NCBI GenBank assembly: GCA_034003325.1
Contig: JAVEYW010000002.1
Span: 214,189-278,188, forward strand
DNA length: 64,000 nucleotides
DNA from: Desulfobacterales bacterium
Lineage (GTDB): Bacteria > Desulfobacterota > Desulfobacteria > Desulfobacterales > JAFDDL01
Direction: 5' to 3'
A program made the position numbers and the translations under genes. Under the pieces are notes generated by a model. It saw only the letters and a program-made list of their open reading frames with translations, was not told the DNA's origin and did not search any database. This document shows positions 59,292 to 64,000 of this stretch, one piece after another. Positions within the stretch are counted from its first letter, which is position 1; every line of letters starts with the position of its first letter.

Positions 59292-59319
59292 TTGACACAA
59301 ATCTAAACTTAACTATAAG
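59292..59319 (+). promoter_or_regulatory. Near-consensus sigma70-type promoter upstream of the mod operon
   Basis: TTGACA (59292-97), a 16-nt spacer, then TATAAG (59314-19). The palindrome ATAGGCA-tttg-TGCCTAT (59275-92) abuts the -35 element. Confidence 0.45.
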
Positions 59320-59533
59320 CAAACAGAGCCTTTTTTGATTGAATTCAGCGGGAGCGCTATCCTGATGGCATTATTTCCTTTAACTCTTTTATCTAATTGT
59401 TTTTCAATCACATATTAGCCATTCATATTTCTTGTTGTTTTTGTTTATATGACTGATCGAGCCGTATTCGCTAAATTTTCTAGGACGTAAAGAATAGTGT
59501 TATGTCTTAAAGGCGGATACCATCAGGAAGTGA

Positions 59534-61909
59534 ATGAAGGACAAACAAATGCCGAGACTGACTGAACAGGAACAACAGGAGCTTATCCGCTACATCGAAG
59601 CGGATAAGCCATTGCCGGACAAATACCGTTTTCTTCTTTTCGACGAGAAGCGCGAGGTGGAGCTGGTCTGGAACGGCAAGACCAACGAGGTCTGCAATAT
59701 CGTTCTTCCGTTTCAGGTGATCGAGCAGGTGGACGAACCAAGAGCCGAAAAACCTGAGGATACCGAAGCGCAGATGTCCCTCTTTGACGAGCGCGGCCGT
59801 CAGCTAAAGGGGTGGACGAACAAGCTGATCTGGGGCGACAACAAGTTGATCCTGTCATCACTCAAGAACGGGCCGCTCCGCGAAGAGATCGAAAAACAGG
59901 GCGGTCTGAAGCTGATTTACATCGACCCGCCATTTGACGTGGGCGCGGATTTTTCCATGGATATCGAGATCGGCTCAGGAGATAAAACAGACACCTTCAC
60001 CAAGAAGCCCAACATCCTTGAAGAAATCGCCTACCGTGACACCTGGGGCAGGGGCGCGGATTCCTTCATTGCCATGATCTATGAACGGCTGGTGTTGATG
60101 CGGGATCTGCTGGCGGAGGATGGGAGCATTTATGTGCATTGTGATTGGCGGGTGAATAGTCATATTCGGCTGGTGCTGGATGAGGTTCTTGGTTCAGAAC
60201 GGTTGTGCAATGAAATAGTGTGGCAACGAACCAATGCACATAATATGAAAACAGATGGATATATTCGGTCGAACGATACTATTTGGTTTTATTCAGTCGG
60301 CAACAAGTATACATTTAATGAGCAATATACAGATTATAGTGATGCTCAATTGAGTAGGTACAAAAAAGATGTGAATGGGCGGCTTTTCACAGGTAGAGAC
60401 TTAACTTTTTCAGGTAAAAATCCAAATAGACAATTTGAATGGAGAGGGACAAAACCACCGGATAATCGTTCATGGGGAGCAGATTTAGAGAAACTCGAAA
60501 TGTGGTGGAATGAAGGCCGTATTTTGCTCAAACAGGATGGAACTCCTCGGTTAGATGGGTTGAAAACCTACTTAGATGAAACGAAAGGTGGGAAAAGGTT
60601 AATTGCGAATTGGACAGATATCGGGCGTGTTGGGAATACTTCCGCTGAAAGAATTGATTACCCCACGCAAAAACCCGAAGCCCTCCTCGAACGAATTATC
60701 AAAGTATCTTCCAACGAAGGCGACCTCGTAGCCGATTTTTTCTGCGGCTCCGGCACCACAGCCGCCGTTGCCGAAAAGCTTGGCCGCAAGTGGATCGCCA
60801 CCGACCTGGGCAAGTTCGCCATCCACACCACCCGCAAGCGCCTGATCGGGGTGCAGCGCAAGCTTAAGGAGGACGGAAAGGACTACCGGGCCTTTGAGAT
60901 TCTCAACCTGGGCAAGTATGAACGTCAACATTACATCGGCATCAATCCGCAGATTACGCAGATGGACGCAGATTTAAGAGAAAAAGTAAAAAATAATCTG
61001 CGACAATCTGCGCCATCTGCGGATGAACAACGGGCGGAGATGACGCGGCGGATGATCGAGGAGAAAGAAAAGGCCTTTGTCGATCTCATCCTCAAGGCTT
61101 ACCGGGCGGAGAAGGTGGAAAACTTCGCCGCTTTCCACGGCAAGAAGGCCGGTCGGCTCGTGGCCGTCGGCCCGGTCAACCTGCCGGTGACGCGGCTGTT
61201 TGTGGAAGAGGTTATTCTGGAATGCCGCAAGAAGCATATTACGAAAGTGGACATCCTGGGCTTTGAATTTGAAATGGGGCTTTTCCCGAACGTGCTGGAC
61301 GAGGCGCGCGCCAAGGGCATTGACATTGCCCCGAAATACATCCCGGCCGAGGTTTTCGATAAGCGGGCGGTGGAGAAGAACCAGGTCGTGTTTCACGATG
61401 TGGCGTTCATTGAGGTCAAGCCGATTGTAAAGGCAGGTAAAAAGAAAAAACCCGCCTCAATTGCGGTGGAACTGACTGACTTTTCAGTGTTTTATTCTCA
61501 GGACTCGATTGCCAACGCCGAGGCTGCCATCAAGAACAAGGCCAGCCGCATCGTGGTGGAAAAGGGGCAGATCGTGAAGGTGAGCAAGGACAAGGACGGC
61601 ATTGTCACCCGCGAGGTGCTTACAAAGACCTGGACCGACTGGATCGATTACTGGGCCGTGGATTTCAATTTCGAGAGCAAGCGTGAAATTATCCGGGTCC
61701 GGAACGAAGACACCGGCCAATGGGAAGAACGTTGGACCGGGGACTACATCTTTGAAAACGAATGGCAATCCTTCCGGACCAAAAAAGACCGCACCCTGGA
61801 ACTGACGAGCGTTTTCCATGAGTGCCCTCCCGGACGGCGTAAGATCGCGGTCAAGGTGGTGGATATCTTCGGCAACGATACCATGACCATTGTGGAGGTT
61901 CGGGTATGA
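59534..61909 (+). CDS. mod: Type III-like DNA methyltransferase (Mod; beta-class N6A/N4C MTase)
   Basis: 791 aa. Motif IV LIYIDPPFDVG precedes motif I DFFCGSGTTAAVA, with YPTQKPEALLERII in between. SD AGGAAG lies upstream. Confidence 0.88.
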   Translation: MKDKQMPRLTEQEQQELIRYIEADKPLPDKYRFLLFDEKREVELVWNGKTNEVCNIVLPFQVIEQVDEPRAEKPEDTEAQMSLFDERGRQLKGWTNKLIWGDNKLILSSLKNGPLREEIEKQGGLKLIYIDPPFDVGADFSMDIEIGSGDKTDTFTKKPNILEEIAYRDTWGRGADSFIAMIYERLVLMRDLLAEDGSIYVHCDWRVNSHIRLVLDEVLGSERLCNEIVWQRTNAHNMKTDGYIRSNDTIWFYSVGNKYTFNEQYTDYSDAQLSRYKKDVNGRLFTGRDLTFSGKNPNRQFEWRGTKPPDNRSWGADLEKLEMWWNEGRILLKQDGTPRLDGLKTYLDETKGGKRLIANWTDIGRVGNTSAERIDYPTQKPEALLERIIKVSSNEGDLVADFFCGSGTTAAVAEKLGRKWIATDLGKFAIHTTRKRLIGVQRKLKEDGKDYRAFEILNLGKYERQHYIGINPQITQMDADLREKVKNNLRQSAPSADEQRAEMTRRMIEEKEKAFVDLILKAYRAEKVENFAAFHGKKAGRLVAVGPVNLPVTRLFVEEVILECRKKHITKVDILGFEFEMGLFPNVLDEARAKGIDIAPKYIPAEVFDKRAVEKNQVVFHDVAFIEVKPIVKAGKKKKPASIAVELTDFSVFYSQDSIANAEAAIKNKASRIVVEKGQIVKVSKDKDGIVTREVLTKTWTDWIDYWAVDFNFESKREIIRVRNEDTGQWEERWTGDYIFENEWQSFRTKKDRTLELTSVFHECPPGRRKIAVKVVDIFGNDTMTIVEVRV
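60945..61024. repeat. 80-bp imperfect inverted repeat built from 3 + 3 CGCAGAT/ATCTGCG heptamers, inside mod
   Basis: CGCAGAT occurs at 60948, 60957 and 60967. ATCTGCG occurs at 60996, 61006 and 61015. The 30-nt arms match at 26 of 30 positions by hand alignment. The 20-nt loop is A-rich. Confidence 0.85.
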
Positions 61910-62736
61910 ACAAAATTAAACAAATTGAAGTCTTGAAAGAGACCGTCACCGTGCAAAGAATGCACGAGGATGATTATATTTGCATCACCGATATTGCCCG
62001 TTATCAGGAACCGGAACGGACGGATCATGTGATTCAGAACTGGATTCGCAACCGAAATACCATCGAATTTTTGGGCATCTGGGAGAAGCTCAACAATCCG
62101 GATTTTAAACCCCTCGAATTCGAGGGGTTTAAAAAACAGGCTGGTTTGAACAGCTTCGTCCTTACGCCAACGCAATGGATAACCGCCACAGGGGCCATCG
62201 GCATCATATCTAAACGAGGACGATATGGCGGCACTTTCGCCCATAAAGACATTGCCTTTGAGTTCGCCTCGTGGGTGTCGGTGGAGTTTAAGCTCTACCT
62301 GATCAAGGAGTTTCAGCGGCTGAAGGAGGAGGAACTCAAACAACTGGGGTGGGATATTAAGCGAAACCTCGCCAAAATAAACTACCGGATTCACACCGAT
62401 GCCATCAAAGAGAACTTGATCCCGCGGGCACTCACGCCACATCAGATAAACTTGGTTTACGCCTCGGAAGCGGATGTTTTAAATATGGCCTTGTTCGGCA
62501 TGACCGCCAAACAATGGCGCGACGACCATCCGGGCGATAAGGGCAATATTAGAGATTACGCGAATATATCCCAACTCGTGTGCCTGTCCAACCTGGAAAA
62601 CCTGAACGCGCTTTTTATCCAGGAAAAGACGCCGCAGGCAGAGCGGCTCCGTCAGCTGAACCGGATTGCCATACAGCAGATGAAAATTTTGACAAACGAA
62701 ACCGGGCTCAAGCGCCTTGTAACGGGGGACAAATAA
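61906..62736 (+). CDS. KilA-N domain DNA-binding protein embedded between mod and res
   Basis: 276 aa. DYICITDIAR..NWIRNRNTIEFLGIWE..GTFAHKDIAFEFASWVSVEFKLYLIKEF is KilA-N-like. It has an ATGA overlap with mod and a TAATG overlap with res. Confidence 0.8.
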   Translation: MNKIKQIEVLKETVTVQRMHEDDYICITDIARYQEPERTDHVIQNWIRNRNTIEFLGIWEKLNNPDFKPLEFEGFKKQAGLNSFVLTPTQWITATGAIGIISKRGRYGGTFAHKDIAFEFASWVSVEFKLYLIKEFQRLKEEELKQLGWDIKRNLAKINYRIHTDAIKENLIPRALTPHQINLVYASEADVLNMALFGMTAKQWRDDHPGDKGNIRDYANISQLVCLSNLENLNALFIQEKTPQAERLRQLNRIAIQQMKILTNETGLKRLVTGDK

Positions 62737-64000
62737 TGGCCTTGCACAAGAACTTCCCCGATTCCCCCCACGCCGTCCTCGACCCGGACATTCGCTGGTT
62801 TCCGGCCGATGAGGCCTTGCGCGAAACAAGCATGGAAAAACTCATGCCGCCCCTGGTCTCACAACTCCGCAGGAAGGTGAAGACGTTCCGCGACAGCGGC
62901 TATGCGGGCGCGGCCGATACCAGCAGGAGCCTTCTCAACTGGTGGTTCAACACGCCGCACATGCTTGAGCAGGCAGATGGGACCATGTCCCGGTTTCAGT
63001 ATTATTTCGCCCAGCGTGAAGCATTGGAAACAATCGTTTTCCTGTACGACGTTGCAGGCGTTCAGGATAAGCACGATATGATGCGCTTTGACGCCGGCGG
63101 CCTTGTATCCGGCAGCATGTTTGACGAGACATGGCGGCGCTTTGTGATCAAGATGGCTACCGGAAGCGGCAAGACAAAGATCTTAAGCCTTGCCCTGGTG
63201 TGGAGCTTTTTTCATAAACGCTATGAGCCCGATTCCCAACTGGCCCGAAACTTTCTGGTCATCACCCCCAACATTATCGTGCTCGATCGCATTTATCGAG
63301 ACTTTCAGGGACTTCGGATTTTCTTTGCGGATCCGGCGCTCCCCGATAACGGCGTGGACGGCCGCAACTGGCGCGACGATTTTCAACTCACCCTGCATAA
63401 ACAGGATGAGGTCACGATCACCCGGCCGACCGGCAATATCTTTCTGACCAATATTCACCGCGTCTATGCGGGCAACGATATCCCGCCCTCGCCCGACGAC
63501 GAAAACAGCATGGACTATTTCCTGGGCAAGCGGCCGACTGGCGCAACCACGGATTCCAAGGTGGATTTGAGCATGATCGTGCGCGATATCAACGAGCTCA
63601 TGATTTTAAATGATGAAGCGCATCATATGCATGATCCCGGCATGGCCTGGTTCAAATCCATCGAAGACATCCACAACCGCCTCAAACAGAAAGATGCCGC
63701 CCTCTCCCTTCAGCTTGATGTCACCGCTACCCCGAAACATAATAACGGCGCTATCTTCGTTCAGACCGTCGCCGATTACCCTTTGGTCGAAGCCATCTCG
63801 CAAAACGTGGTCAAACACCCCGTCCTGCCCGATGCGCCCAGCCGCGCAAAACTCACTGAACGGCAAAGCGCCAAATATACCGAAAAATACGCCGACTACA
63901 TCGATCTTGGGGTCATCGAATGGCGCAAGGCTCATGCCGAACATAAGAAGCTCGGCAAGAAAGCCATCCTGTTCGTCATGACCGACGACACCCGCAACTG
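62736..64000 (+). CDS. res: Type III-like restriction enzyme Res subunit (SF2 helicase-nuclease). Partial; continues beyond the window end
   Basis: Not in the ORF track because it has no stop in the window. Hand translation from ATG 62736 gives 421 uninterrupted codons. Contains KMATGSGKT (motif I) and LNDEAHH (motif II). Confidence 0.85.
   Translation, partial: MALHKNFPDSPHAVLDPDIRWFPADEALRETSMEKLMPPLVSQLRRKVKTFRDSGYAGAADTSRSLLNWWFNTPHMLEQADGTMSRFQYYFAQREALETIVFLYDVAGVQDKHDMMRFDAGGLVSGSMFDETWRRFVIKMATGSGKTKILSLALVWSFFHKRYEPDSQLARNFLVITPNIIVLDRIYRDFQGLRIFFADPALPDNGVDGRNWRDDFQLTLHKQDEVTITRPTGNIFLTNIHRVYAGNDIPPSPDDENSMDYFLGKRPTGATTDSKVDLSMIVRDINELMILNDEAHHMHDPGMAWFKSIEDIHNRLKQKDAALSLQLDVTATPKHNNGAIFVQTVADYPLVEAISQNVVKHPVLPDAPSRAKLTERQSAKYTEKYADYIDLGVIEWRKAHAEHKKLGKKAILFVMTDDTRN

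Noticed and set aside
59077-59533. Search for a direct repeat of the tRNA-Val 3' end (island att site) and for an integrase
   Set aside because: No copy of the tRNA 3' segment and no integrase-like ORF is visible between the tRNA and nt 64000. The island boundary, if any, lies outside the window.
1-64000. CRISPR arrays, rRNA genes, IS elements/transposases, prophage structural genes
   Set aside because: I saw no regularly spaced direct repeats, no rRNA-like sequence, and no DDE, integrase or capsid-like ORFs on either strand.

Overview
This is a densely coding, moderately GC-rich chromosomal window with 57 protein-coding calls and one tRNA. I saw no rRNA, CRISPR array, transposase or integrase. 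Gene content and several motifs suggest a Desulfobacterota/deltaproteobacterial, sulfate-reducer-like genome, but that is inference only. Most genes are housekeeping: ilvGM behind a leader-peptide attenuator, uup, prfC, glpD, prmA, era, engB, hisGI, PBP1A, rnc, dksA, fabD, hemA-ccsA-sirC, nrnA, clpB and mltF. The main finding is in the F0 ATP synthase operon at 42.8-46.5 kb (atpZ-atpI-atpB-c4-atpE-atpF'-atpF). Beside a normal 82-aa c subunit with a Na+-type two-carboxylate signature, it encodes a 324-aa ORF made of four covalently fused c-subunit hairpins (eight expected TM helices). Hairpin 2 of this protein has lost the ion-binding Glu (Gln145). I know of no described four-hairpin F-type c subunit. 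Three other regions deserve a second look. (1) An uncharacterised minus-strand operon at the left edge encodes a Cys-rich PAS sensor, a double-receiver PPDK_N ATP-grasp protein, and a dCTP-deaminase-like/LOG fusion that is partial and missing from the ORF track. (2) A DUF1302-DUF1329-BNR-RND envelope cluster lies at 49.7-56.3 kb. (3) A low-GC island next to tRNA-Val carries a translationally coupled Type III-like mod-kilA_N-res operon, with res truncated by the window end. Its mod gene has a compositionally foreign target-recognition segment and an 80-bp inverted array of CGCAGAT heptamers. All protein family assignments come from motifs read by eye, since no database search was possible.
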